A model generated the notes under the pieces. That model was given only the letters and a program-made list of their open reading frames with translations, had not been told where the DNA came from and did no database searches. Position numbers and translations under genes: made by a program. From Octopus vulgaris (taxonomy: Eukaryota), in assembly GCA_951406725.2 (NCBI GenBank), contig OX597824.1, positions 51,398,001 to 51,462,000 on the forward strand: 64,000 nt of DNA, in the 5' to 3' direction. Below are positions 51,358 through 64,000 of the stretch, piece after piece; positions within the stretch are counted from its first letter, which is position 1; every line of letters starts with the position of its first letter.

Positions 51358-52273
51358 ATTTATATACATGTAAAGAAAAGTATTTGAAAATGCAGGAGTA
51401 TTTTAAAAGTATTTATTAACTTAACCGGTTTCACTTATTTAAAAAGATTTTCAAAAGTAAAGTGTGAGGTTTTGTCTATCCTCTGTGTTGTCAAAAATTA
51501 ATTTAAATAAATGTATTCAAATCAAGTGATAGAGTATTTGACAATGATAAGAAAACGTTTGAGGCTCTGTATATCCTCTGTGATGAGTTAAAAAATAGCT
51601 TACATAAAAACATTCAGATCAAGTAATATATTTTTTTACAATGTTAAGAAGATAAAAATTTGTTTACATAGATATATCCAAACCAAGAACGTGTCTGGTT
51701 TGTCACTCAATCGATGCTAAAGTTTTAGTTTCACAGTGATCAGAAACCATAAGTGTTTGCAGCATCTTGAATTACAAAATAAGTGAGTAGAGAAATAACA
51801 GACCATTTATAGTTCTCGGATCTGGTTGTAGGGTCTCGCATCTGGATGGAATTTAACAGTTACTGCTATTTTATTCAGAGATGGTGGCTCAAAAAACAAT
51901 ATGGTTGGTTGATGGCATTCAAGTGATCAAAAGATGCTTGTTTTTGAAAAAAAGGTGGCTTATAATTGTTTTCTCTCCAAAAAGAATGTGGGCGGTTGAT
52001 GACAGTCACATGGTCAAATGGTTCTAATAGTCGTGGAGCCAAGAAAGGCTTGTTTGGCGAGCTGGTTTTGATATGGTTCAGTAGTATTGGCTGGTGTTTT
52101 GGGGTTTATATGTATGACTCATAAGTAAAGAATGGTGTGTATTTGCGTGTAAGTGTATGTATGTGTGTGTATTTTTCTAGTCAGGGCGGTGTGTGCGTGC
52201 ACGTGGGTATGTATGCATGTGTGTCTGTGTGTGTTATAATTGTCCGGGCGGTGTTTGTATTATGTGTGTATGC

Positions 52274-52304
<31 letters not shown>

Positions 52305-55300
52305 TGTGTGTGCGTGTGTATTTGCGTGTAAGTGTATGTGAATATGTATATGTGTGTTTTTTTCTGGTCAGGACGTCGTACGTAGGTATGTGTGTATGCT
52401 TTATAATTGTCTGGGCAGGGTGTGTATGTGCGTGTGTATGCGTGTGTATGCCTGTGTATGTGTCTGTTATATTTGTCAGGGTGCAGCGTTTGTGTCCGTG
52501 TGCATGCATGTGTACGTGTGTATTACGTTTATCAGGGTAGTGTGCATGTGTGCGTGTGTGTGCGGGAGTATGTGTGTATTGTGTTTGTTAGCGGGATGTG
52601 TGCGTGTGTATGTGGGTATGCCTATGTGTGCGTGTGTACATATGGTGTGTATGTACGTGTGCATGTGTGTGTATGTACGTGTGCATAGGTGTGTATGTAC
52701 GTGTGCATGTGTGTGTATGTACGTGTGCATGCGTGTGTATGTGTGTCTGTTATATTTGTCAGAGCAGTGTGTGTGTGTACGTGTGTGTGCATGTGTATGT
52801 GTATGTGTTGTGTTTGTCGGGACAGTGTGTGCGCGCGCACGTCTGTATGTGTGTGTGCTATTTGTATTTCTCAGGGCGGTGTGTATGTGTATGTATGTGT
52901 GTGCTGTGTTTGTCAGGGCTGTGTGTGTGTAAGTGTGTACGTGTATGTGCCTGTGTATATATATATGTATATATATGTATATATGAGTGTGCCTGAGTGT
53001 TTGTTGTGACAGTTAAATTATTGCATGTGAAGGTATGCTTTTTATCTGAGGAATGAGAATATTGTGTATGTGTGTGTACGTGTGTGTATGTGCGTGTGTT
53101 TGCGTGGATTGTATTGTATTTGTGTGTGTGTGTGTGTGTGTATCTGCGTATGTGTCTGCGTGTTATATTTGTCAGGGCACTGTGTGTGTGTCCGTGTATG
53201 TGCATGTGTATGTGTGTGTTACGTTTGTCGGGGTGATGTGCATGTGTACGTGTGTATGTGTACGTATAGGTGCGTGTGTGTGTACATGTAAGTGAATATG
53301 TGTATGTATGCGTGTGTGTTTTCTCTGGTCAGGGTGGTGTTTGTGTGCATGTAAGTATGTGTGTGTGTATGTTATAACTATCCGGGCGGTGTGTATATGT
53401 GCAAGTGTGTATGCGTGTGTATGTGTATGTTATATTTGTCAGAGAACAGTTTTTGTGTGTCTGTGTGTGTGTGTGCATGAGTGTTACGTTTGTCAGGGTG
53501 GTGTGCATGTGTACGTGTGTGTATGTGTGTAACGTTTGTTAGGGCGGTGTGTGCACGTGCACGTGGGTTTGCGTGTGTGTGTGTATGTGTGTGTAGGTGA
53601 GTATAGGTGTGTGTGTTATTTGTATTTCTCAGGGCGATGTATGTGTGTGTTTACTGTTTGTCAGAGTGGTGTGTGTGTGTGTGTGTATGTGTAAGTGTGT
53701 ACGTGCATGTGCTTGTCTATGTGTTTAAATATGAGTGCATCTGAGTGTTTGTTGTGACTGTTAAACTGTATTGCGTGTGTGTTTTTTCTGAAGAATGAGG
53801 ATATTGTGTTTGCGTGTATGCGTGTGTGTATGCTTGTGTGTGTGCTTGGATTGTATTGCATTTGTGCGTGTGTGTGTGTGTGTGTGTGTGCGTATCTGCA
53901 TATGTGTCTGTGTGTGTATGAGTGCGTGTATATGTGTGTATTTATGAATGTGCCTTTGTATGTTTGTTGTGGATGTGTGTTCCTGGGAGATAGGGATATT
54001 ATGCTTATGCGTGAATTCGTGTAGGGGGTGTGCGTGTATGTAGGAATTAGAGTATTGCTGACACCATTCGACAGTCCAAGTATATATTTTTAAGTGTGGT
54101 TTGTATTTCCGAACAACAGTATTTTCTTTATTTATTCGTGTTTGGTCAATGATGGTGTCTGAGCAAAGGTACAGTGAAAAACTTGGAAGTTGGGGGACTT
54201 ATTTTTTGCACAGAGATCTAAGTGGTCACTGTGTGGTACCTGTCTTGTGGTGGGGTCCCGCAATTGTTGGCGGTGGATTGTCATCATGTCTATGAGGATA
54301 AGGCTAGTCTGTCCTACGTAATCTTTGTGGCACCTAATGACATAAATTAATTTTTTTGATGAGCAGGTGCAGTTATTTTTTATGACAAAAGTGTGTCCTG
54401 ATTAAAATTTACGCATATTACCTTCAATGAAGTGAATGCAATTAGAGCGACCACATTTTTTAACGGTTAGTGTTTGGTTTGTGATGTGTAATTCTGCACT
54501 AGTGAGTCATTTTTTCAGGATTTGGATTGTTTCTTGCTTTTTATTAATTTTATGGGGGTTTTAAGTGCTTTTTTTAATTGTGGGTCTTGACTCAGTAGTG
54601 GGATGTTCTTGAGTATAATGGTGTAAGCTTCTGTATTTCTTGGGCTGTGTGTTGAGAGATATGGAAGACTATTTAGCGTACTTTGAGTGTGTTTCTGTTT
54701 TCGTAAATCTTGGATGTCGATTGTCTTAGTCCGTTCTATTCCATTATCAATTAATGATGAGTACTGTCTTTCGAGTAGAATTTCTTTTAGTTCTTGGGGT
54801 CTTTTTTCCCGTGTTTCATAATTTGATACAATTGTACAAATTCTTCACGCTAGATTAAAGGGAATGTTTGTCTTCGTGTGTTTTGGGTAGTTGGAGGCAA
54901 ATAGAAGATATTGTCTGGAATCAGTCGGTTTGTAGTGGACATCAGTTTTGATGTTTGTATCTTTTTTATGATTAAGATGTCAGAAATGGGAGTGGATCTT
55001 GACTATATTTCATTGTGAATTGGATATGATAGTTGATGCCGTTAATTAGGTTTTTTAATTTATTGATTTGGTCGACTGTGTGAGACCATAGAATGAGGCA
55101 TTCATTAAAGTAGCGCTTTCAGGTCTCTAACAGGTACTTGTAGAAGTTCAGGCCGTATTTTAATTTGGATTGTTCAGATATTTGGACTTCCAGGTAGGCC
55201 GTAACCATATTAGCGTAATTTGAGGCAACTTTTCTACCCATCACAGTCCCTGATATCTCTTTAAAGATTAAAAAGTTGCTTTGCAAAATGAACTTAAGTC

Positions 55301-55381
55301 CCTCGAAGATAAAATCTTTTTCTATTCTTTCCGGGATCTCATTGAGGTATTTTTCTAGCCAGAATCTTATGACTTCCCGTC

Positions 55382-55414
<33 letters not shown>

Positions 55415-56570
55415 ATACACATACGTGCGTACACACATACCCACGTGCGCGTACACACCACCCAGACCAGAAAAACACTCACATACACTTACACGCAAAT
55501 CCACACGCACACCCACGCGCACATAAACGCACACGCACACACGCACACCCCCCCCCCGGATAAACGTAACACACACGTACATATGCACGCACACGGAAAC
55601 ACACAAAGCGCCCTTACAAATATAATACACACATACACACACTGCCTGGACAATTATAGCACTCACACATACATAGACACACACACATATCCAAGTGCAC
55701 GTACACACCGCCCTGACCAGAAAACACACACACATATATGCACACATACACTTACACGCAAATACACACCGTTCTTTACCTGTGGGTCATACGTATAAAC
55801 CCCAAAACACCAGCTAAAACTACTGAACCAGCTCACTAAAGCCTTTCTTGGCTCCACAACAACTATCAGAACCTTTTGATTGTGTGATGGGGATTGAATG
55901 CCATCAACCCCACACTAATTTTAGAGAGAAAACAATTCTAGGCCACCCTTTTTTAAAAAACAGAACCATCTTTTGATCACGTGACTGCCATCAACCAACC
56001 ACATTGTTTTTTAAACAAGAAGACAATTCTGAGCCACCATCTCTGTATAAAATAGTGGTGACTGTTAGAATCCATCCAGATGCGAGACCCTACAACCAGA
56101 TCCGAGAACTATAAATGGTCTGTTATTTCTCTACTTACCACTTTTTGCAATTTAAGATGCTGCAAATAATTATGGTTTCTGATCACTGTGAAACTAAAAC
56201 TTTAGCACCGCTTGAGTGACAAACCAGACACGTTTTATCTTCTTGTCAAGATCTTTATTACTTGATTTGGATATATTTATGTAAACTAATTTTTATCTTC
56301 TTATCATTGTAAAAATATTATTACCTGATCTAAATGTTTTTTATGTAAACTATTTTTTGACTCATCACAAGGGATACACAAAGCCTCAAGCGTTTTCTTA
56401 TCATTGTAAAAGATTCTATCACATGATCTGAATACATTTATGTAAAGTAATTTTTTACACCACAGAGAATAGAAAAAGCCTCACATCTTTTGAAAGTCTT
56501 TTTAAATAAGTGAAACCGGTTAAGTTAAATGCTTTTAAAATACTCCTACATTTTCAGATTCTTTTACATA
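51358..56570 (-). mobile_element. Second, older Penelope-like element of the same type with an inverted pLTR
   Basis: Decayed RT at 54480-55375 (FWLEKYLNEIPERIEKDFIFEGLKFIL, GTVMG..ASNYANM, HYKPTDS). GIY-YIG at ~54080-54470 (KKCGRSNC..LIYVIRCHKDYVGQT..MTIHRQQL..SDHLDLC). 51358-~52250 and ~55640-56570 are diverged inverted repeats. Confidence 0.9.
52135..54040. repeat. Complex GT-rich minisatellite inside the 3' UTR of PLE 2
   Basis: (GT)-like spacers punctuated by recurring motifs tcagggcggtgtgt, ataattgtccgggcgg, gttatatttgtcagg and gttacgtttgtc; inverted copy at 55380-55770. Confidence 0.8.
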
Positions 56571-56725
56571 TATATATATATATATAAATACACGGGCTTC
56601 CACTAAACGTCCGTCTACCAAATCTATTCATAAAGCATTGGTTGACCCGTGGCAAAGACATTTGCTAAAGGTGGCACTCAGTGGGACTGAATCTGAAAAA
56701 TATTTTTGCAAAGCGAGCTTCATAA

Positions 56726-56770
<45 letters not shown>

Positions 56771-56943
56771 AATGTGAGTTTGGAGGGATATATTGTCTGG
56801 GCGGATACCGTGATGGATGTCAGTTGCGTTTCAGGTTACAGCTAACTACATTGATCACATTTAACTACTATTAGTTGTCAGTCACACAGTGAATTTCTCT
56901 GTGTTCGCTTCACTGGACTGTAATATTGTCTGGAGTATATATA

Positions 56944-57097
56944 AGTAATAACTATAACGATATAGAATATGGAGACTTGTTCATCCTCAAAATTTATTTT
57001 CTCCTGTTTTATAATTTCATAAAATTGTAAAATAAGAAGAAATAAGTTTTGAGGATGAACAAGTCTCCATATTCTATTTCGTTATAATTATATTGCT
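56944..57097. repeat. ~150-bp hairpin (MITE-like or fold-back)
   Basis: Perfect 31-bp core atagaatatggagacttgttcatcctcaaaa (56962-92) / ttttgaggatgaacaagtctccatattctat (57047-77), extended imperfectly to a tiny loop. Confidence 0.92.
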
Positions 57098-57099
57098 AA

Positions 57100-57335
57100 T
57101 GTGTGTGTGTGTGTATGTGTGTGCGTATGTGCGTGTGTATGTGTGTGTGTGTGTGTATGTGTGTGTTAGTTTGTTTACCTCCCTGTAACTTAGCGATCCG
57201 TGAAAAGTATCCGATAACGTAAATATCAGACTCGAAAAAATATGTAATGGGGTTGATTTGAGCAACTAAACACCTTCAAGGCGGTTTCCCATCATTGTCA
57301 TAGTCCAATAACTGAAACAGGTAAAAGAATAAATG
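57100..57335 (+). mobile_element. SINE family A, 3' half
   Basis: ccctgtaacttagcg..cttcaaggcggt..actgaaacaggtaaaagaataa. Confidence 0.7.
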
Positions 57336-57931
57336 AATATTGCACACCCTGTTATTTATCTGAATCTATTTTATATCTATTCATCTTCTGTCTAATTTCT
57401 GCCTTTCATTCCTTCCTCTTTTTACATGTGATTTCATTCTCGCCCAAGCAACATCAAAATTTCGGTACAAATCCTCAGTAATTGACTTAATTTCTTCGAG
57501 GGGAAGGTTCAAACATTAGTGAGGTAGTGCGCAGGAAACAACAATTCATTCAACAGTGACTTGAAGAAGTTTCATTTACCAAGGCGAGCGAGTTCTTTAC
57601 ATCATAGATTATGTGTCATGACTACATAATACTAATACCTTGGTGAAAAACAAGTTCAGCACTGTCTGTACAGCCTTAAGCCGCTAAGGAAAACAAGTCT
57701 TCATGCTCAATTGCTCACCAATCTATACTAGTCCACAACTGAGCGCATACTGATCTACTATGTTGTATTTTGCTTTTGATAGGTTGGTAAAAGAACGTGG
57801 CAGTTCTCATATTGTTTAATGTTCGGAAATTAGGTGAGACAAATTCAGTTTAGCTTAAACAATGCATGCAGAGTAAACATGAATATAACTGGAAGATGTT
57901 CTGAAGAAAATGTGTTAACTACTCTACACCA

Positions 57932-58149
57932 GTTCTCAAAGGAAATCATGAGAGCTTCACTCTAGTTTATAAAGGAGCCCTACCTTACTCATAACTTGAC
58001 AAATGCACTCAAGACCGTGTTTCATTAACATCTACCAGCTGGAAGGAAGGTGACTACTGAAACACGATCCTGAATGCATTTGTCAAGCTGTGGGTATGGT
58101 AGAACTCCTTTATAAACTGGAATGAAGCTCCAATGATTTTCCTCAGAAC
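57932..58149. repeat. ~220-bp hairpin with ~90-bp arms (MITE-like)
   Basis: ggaaatcat..gagcttca..agtttataaaggag..cttgacaaatgca..cgtgtttca mirrored by tgaaacacg..tgcatttgtcaag..ctcctttataaact..tgaagctc..atgattttcc. Confidence 0.9.
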
Positions 58150-58999
58150 ATCATTATATTCAAAGCTAAACATTTGAACAAGTACGATCATATCATTGAA
58201 CACCGCTTTCTATTTTTGCTCGAACTGTTTTGTACTTTCTGTGTAATAAAATTAATGTAATACATTTTCAGAAAGAAGGTCGATGGATCCATTGGATAGT
58301 TACGAAACGTTTTATAGTGTTGGTTTCGGATCTCTGAGTCCAAATCCCATTACCATTGTCATCTTTGTCTTTCATTCTTCGATAGAAAAATGTATCAGTA
58401 AAGTATTGGAGTTGCTGTAACTAATTGTTAGTCTTCCTTCAAATTGAAGTTCATGTACGTATTCTATTACATTTTCATTGGCCTTTCGAGTAGCTGTGAA
58501 AACATTCCTATCGGACTGGAAATGATTCCTCCTCATTGCTTTAACAGGAGATAAACAACTTCTCCTTGCTACAGAGATGCTCTTCTTTATGAGAGATAGA
58601 CTCTACTAAATAGAAAAATGTCTTCTCACCGACCAAAGTGCGTCCTCCACGCGCAGTTTTATTACCTTTTGCCATCGCTTTCATTAAGTGATTTTTCCGT
58701 ATTTTAACAAGCATGCCAGTCCCTGTGGCCTCCGTTTGTTCTCCATCCTTGTAATTGGGATGATGATGCTGCGAGAAGGAGGCTTCCTTGTAGTTTATTT
58801 ATTGTTGTTGATGTTGTTGTTGATAATTCTCATTCTCTCCGCCGACTGAGACTGGGACAGGAGGTTCTTGGGACTTAACTCATGGCAATGCTGAAGGTTG
58901 ATGTTTTACGACTCCAGACTTCTACCCGGGGCTACTTCATGTACAGTAACCTCCATGATTTATTACCGCTGCTTTTTTTTCTTTTTAAAAATTTCTGAT

Positions 59000-59210
59000 T
59001 TAGTCATAAGGCAAGCACTTTGAGGTGAGTGAGTTACTCGATTACATCACCCCCACCCCATACACACACCACCACTTGACTCATACTTTATTTTATCCAC
59101 CTCAAAGGAGTAAAAGAGAAAGTTGACTTTGATGGGATTTGAACACGGAACGTAAATGGTCGTAGCTAAATACCACAAAGCATTTTGTCCGAAGATCCAG
59201 CGACTCTCCA
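59000..59210 (-). mobile_element. Degenerate SINE family B
   Basis: aaagttgactttgatgggatttgaac..aagcattttgtccg matches the family in reverse complement. Confidence 0.6.
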
Positions 59211-59393
59211 AAATCAATGTTCTAAAAGTGGGACAGAATCACCAATGAAAATCGAAGCAGCTCTCTGCCGATTACTCTACAACAAATTAGCCTCAACAAC
59301 AATTATATGTGTGTATATACATGCATAAATATATAGATACATAAGCATAAATGTTTAAGTTCCATCTTCTGACATCTTTAGCTGACGCTTTTA

Positions 59394-59490
59394 TACTAAC
59401 ACAGCGATAGAAGAATCATATTGCATTAATGGAACGACAGAAGAATCATATTACACTAATATATCGATAGAAGAATCATATACCACAATA
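59394..59490. repeat. 30-bp minisatellite, 3 copies
   Basis: cga(t/c)agaagaatcatat recurs at ~59405, 59435 and 59465. Confidence 0.85.
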
Positions 59491-60069
59491 TTTATAACTC
59501 ATCAGACTTTTTAAGAAAATGGAGGAATATTTTTACATCTTTATCGCGATGGTGGAAAACCAATGAGTTGGCTTAAACGCTTCCAATGAAGTGGACTTCA
59601 CAAAATGCATCAAAAAGTCAGATGTTGGTTTTAAACCGTGCGGTGGATAAAGTCTTTATCTGTGAGAAGGATTAAGTCTACTAGTCTACAGTAGACATAA
59701 TACACCCGAAGAAAGATTAGATGGTCACGGCTGTAAAGTCATTAATCATAAAACGTCTTGCAACCTTCTTAATAGAGACTATAAAACCTTGTTTTCGACA
59801 TAGACACTGGCTTATGATTGAGGCTTGCGTTTTTTTATGTCTTCCTGCTTCCAACTGTAATGAATTAGCTTTATTTACATAAAGATCAAATCACGATTTA
59901 AAAGCCACGCGAGGAGAGTGGCTGCTGTAGCCCGTATCGGTAGCCATTCTCCGAGGCAACGCCATTACGATCATTACTGCAGGACGTAGCTGAGCACCCA
60001 ACATGTTCTGGGGTGTATGGGCCATCGCCCTCTCCCCCTCATCTCATGCTGCTTTACCCACCCAGCCCT

Positions 60070-60520
60070 CTTTTTTCTGTTCTTTTTTTTTTCTGTTTCT
60101 TTGTATTTAAATGTTATAATTTAAGGTATGATCTGCAGAAATAAAGCTGCTTTATAACCTGTTAAATGTTGGAAAAAAATTGCAAGAAAAAGAAAGACGG
60201 TGGAGACTTGAACAGCCGAAGATAGAGTGGAAGTAGTACACTCCAGGACAAATGGTGTGTTCAGCCGCGTCCTGCGGACATGACTGCCACGGCGTTGTCG
60301 CAGCGAATGGCCAGTGACACTCGTTGCAGCAGTCATCCCACATCGCAGGGCTCATTTCTCAGACGGGCCGCAGTTATCCCGATTTTACCGAGGCAATCGG
60401 CAGCGCGGTGTCCGAGAAAACCAAGATCTCGATGGTGATTGGCACAAAATGATTGCGGCCGGTCAGGCTCCTCTATTTGTTTACTTTTCTCTCCTTTGTG
60501 TTATGGTGTCTTTCTGCTGT
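60070..60520 (-). mobile_element. 3' end of a CRE-like restriction-endonuclease LINE
   Basis: With one frameshift the minus strand reads SLTGRNHFVPITIE.LGFLGHRAADCLGKIG...NEPCDVG*LLQRVSLAIRCDNAVAVM (cf. FVP.A.ET.G / QR.S.AIQRGNA), then a 3' UTR and an A-rich tail at 60070-60105. Confidence 0.7.
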
Positions 60521-60720
60521 AAGAAAACAGCATTTTGAAAAAGGAAGCCATGTCTTTCTGCTCTATAATGTAACTGTTATCAAGCTGTTGCAACTATTTC
60601 AACTTTTATGACTATTAATCTCGTTACGTTTCTGAAATCTGAGTTATTAATTCACTTCTATCACATTCCTGGTGAAAACATGTCAAATTTCCTATTCAGA
60701 ACGTCGCGCGCATGTGTGCA

Positions 60721-60752
<32 letters not shown>

Positions 60753-61633
60753 TGCGTGCATGCGTGCGTGCGTGTGTGCGTGGGCGTGTACGTGCGTGCA
60801 TGTGTATATGTGCTGCTGAAATGCCAAAATGTGCAGAAGAATTTATCAGCAGAAGATGCCAACCACCTCAAGTGACTTTAGTTTTTACACAACCAAACGT
60901 AAATGTATGTTTTGGGGTTTCCTTTTTTTACTTCTATATCTGACCAGCAACTTAGGCCCAAGATCATACAAATATTTATAAGGGTAGAGAAACAAAAGAT
61001 TGTATGACGTTCATTTAACAACGTAAGTGAAGGTACGCAGTGCGACTCCTATGAAACAAACATATCACATTTATCCCGTCTAGAAGTAAAGATGAAAATA
61101 TCAATATATTCTACATCGATTTTGGTGATTAATCCAGTAATTCGATCATCGGAAATGTCCACTCATTGAATTATAATGTGTCTCAATATTCATATACCCA
61201 TATACGCTTCACGTAATTTTCATATAGAATCAGCAGAGAACAAGGTTGGTCCTTTGAAATACAGGTAGAAACCACCCAATTGTCTTTGATACCATTTTCA
61301 TCTACCCAATATCTTTCTCAAAGCTTGGGTCGATCAATGGTATGGTAAATGATATTTGCTCAAACCTGATCAAAAAGATTACGATGTGAAGTTTTTCACG
61401 ATTATACCATGAATACACCCGAAATAGATTAAACTTTATCTGAACAACCAAGATGTCATATTAAGCAAAATGTAAAGAGTCAGACACATAATCTCTTTAT
61501 ATTTCTTTGTCATAACTATTAAAGCTACCTTAACAAAGATAGGTAGAAATAGATTTCGGCTCAAAGTCGCTGTAACATAGATATCACACATACGCCACCT
61601 TAGGTGAGTATCTTAATATATGTATGTGTATGT

Positions 61634-61697
<64 letters not shown>

Positions 61698-62190
61698 ATA
61701 GATATGTATGTGTACCTATACAGATATATGTATGTGCATGAGTGAGTGAAAAAAATATATATATATACATAAGCATGTATGTGTATACATATTATACATA
61801 TATATATATACATATACACATACACACACATACATACATACATACATATATATATATTCAACGGCTTTATGATACACATCTTTGTCTTGTAAAGTCACAC
61901 GTCTTTTATCATTGTCTACTTTTGTTTACTTTTACAAGTGACTTTAACACGGCTCTTCCATATATGCACACATACACACACACAGAGCACAACATATGCT
62001 CACATATACGCAATTTGTTACAAACCTCTTGGCAAATCAATACGCTATTGTATTAACTTTCATCAATAGTTTTTCTATTGCAATGTTGTATGAGAGAAAA
62101 ATGTGGACACCAACTCCATACGTTCACTTTTCTACTTTCATTTCATCTTCCACTGTTGCTCTTGGCGCTTCTCTCACGTCTGAAAATATT

Positions 62191-62224
<34 letters not shown>

Positions 62225-62279
62225 GAGCGGTGTATGCATATATGTATGTAGCTATCTATCTATCTATCTGACTCTATAT

Positions 62280-62334
<55 letters not shown>

Positions 62335-62494
62335 TATATATATGTATGTATATGTGTATGAATGTATGTGTATATATGTTATACTCATATCTAGATACAT
62401 ATAATATGCATATGTGTGTACATATATATATATATATATACATATACACGCACGTTATTGTATTTATTTGTCGGTGTTACCATTATTATATACG

Positions 62495-62661
<167 letters not shown>

Positions 62662-62975
62662 TATTTCTTGTTCCTCTTGTTCCTTTTCTTTCCGCTTCTT
62701 CAGCTGTTGTCACTTTTTCCTGGTCCTTTCCCTTCTCCATGCCTTCTTCACCTCCTCCTCACCTTTCTCCTCCTCATTCTTCATTTCTCATTGCTTTATT
62801 GTTTTTGTTGTTTTGCTTTTCTTCGTTTCTCCTATTTCCGGTACAAATCCAATTCGACTTTTCCAATGACCTCCACCTATGTGCGTATGTCTATGTGTGT
62901 GTGTGTGGTTGTTGGGGGGGGGGGTCGTGTGCGCACGCGCAATGTGTGTGAGTTTGTGTGAGATAGATAGATAGG

Positions 62976-63017
<42 letters not shown>

Positions 63018-63399
63018 AAGGGAGAGAAAAAGAGAAAGAGAAAGTTTGTGTGTGTCTATAACAAAGAGAAAGCAGACTTCCATTGTAGAAGAGTTCCATT
63101 GCTGACGGTTATGCCGAGACATCTTTGTCAAATAGTATTACAATTACCGCCATCTTTTGTTGACGACTCAACATGACTTTGTGTGACGTCACCAGTAATG
63201 GCGGTCGAGACAACGGCGAACGAATATCCGAGCCAAAAGGGAGAAACGGGTGTGTTGAAGAGGTGGAAGTGGAGGAGGAGGATTTGGTTTCTTTCCATGT
63301 CCTTGCTGTGCTTGTTACGGTTGAAAATTGTAGATACGGCATTTCTGTCTTGCTCCGTTATAATCGCTTCCATAACATCATTATCATCATCATCAACGT

Positions 63400-63406
63400 A
63401 ACAATG

Positions 63407-63460
<54 letters not shown>

Positions 63461-63496
63461 GTAATAATAATAATAATGATGATGATGATAATAATA

Positions 63497-63541
<45 letters not shown>
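63400..63541. repeat. (AAT)n microsatellite
   Basis: Directly visible. Confidence 0.95.
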
Positions 63542-64000
63542 TATTTTTTTATTAACCACAGCACAGGACAAGAACAAAAAATGTGTGTATGTGTGTGTAT
63601 GTGTGTGAGTGTGTGTAGTTGTGAGGGTTTTGTATATAAACAAGACTATTAAGATTTAAAAAGAGAATGAGATCAACAATGTGCTATCCTCTATCGTGAG
63701 GAGACGTTCAAAGGCTGCTCATAGAAAAACCCCATAAAAATCATGGATGCCCTGACTTTTGGGGCAGATACCTTTTTTACTTTCCTTTTTTTTCCAACTA
63801 TAGGCGTATGCTCAGGGCAGGCTCGTTCACACGTACCATTCTCGTTGCTTTCAGCACCTTTCAGTAAACTGGCTAGAAGACAACACTTCCCTCTCTGCCC
63901 TTATTTTCCTTTTCAAGTAAAACTTGAAATTCATCAGGGATTGGCCAGAGAGAAAAGTGTTTATCTTCAGCTTCTTCAATTTTGTCCACCACACAACTTC

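Noticed and set aside
59394-59490. CRISPR-like repeat-spacer appearance
   Set aside because: Only three 30-bp units with related 'spacers', eukaryotic context and no cas genes; an ordinary minisatellite.
60121-60538. GC-richer ORFs as host exons
   Set aside because: Better explained as the decayed 3' end of a CRE-like LINE.

Overview
Eukaryotic, very AT-rich, microsatellite-saturated DNA. The SINE families and repeat landscape resemble an octopus/coleoid cephalopod genome (inference from pattern recognition, not a database result). Almost all short ORFs in the track are microsatellite artefacts. The window is mostly transposon-derived: five Tc1/mariner copies (two Tc1 with IR/DR-type ends, two mariner, one DD41D), LINE remnants (RTE, CR1-like, three restriction-like-endonuclease types), a Helitron-like end and many tRNA-derived SINEs. 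The most notable component is a Penelope-like element (PLE) system. One apparently young PLE (46192-50962) has an intact RT + GIY-YIG ORF and ~960-bp inverted terminal repeats. It also has an upstream ORF that overlaps the RT frame in the -1 phase at a U_UUU_UUA heptamer, which doubles as a possible 3' splice site. A second, older PLE with the same inverted architecture lies tail-to-tail with it. Several short (TA)n-embedded repeats carry type I hammerhead ribozyme motifs, including ~470-bp tandem units resembling retrozymes, and U3-A8 core variants occur in the PLE terminal repeats. No host gene is identified with confidence; two candidate exons are flagged.
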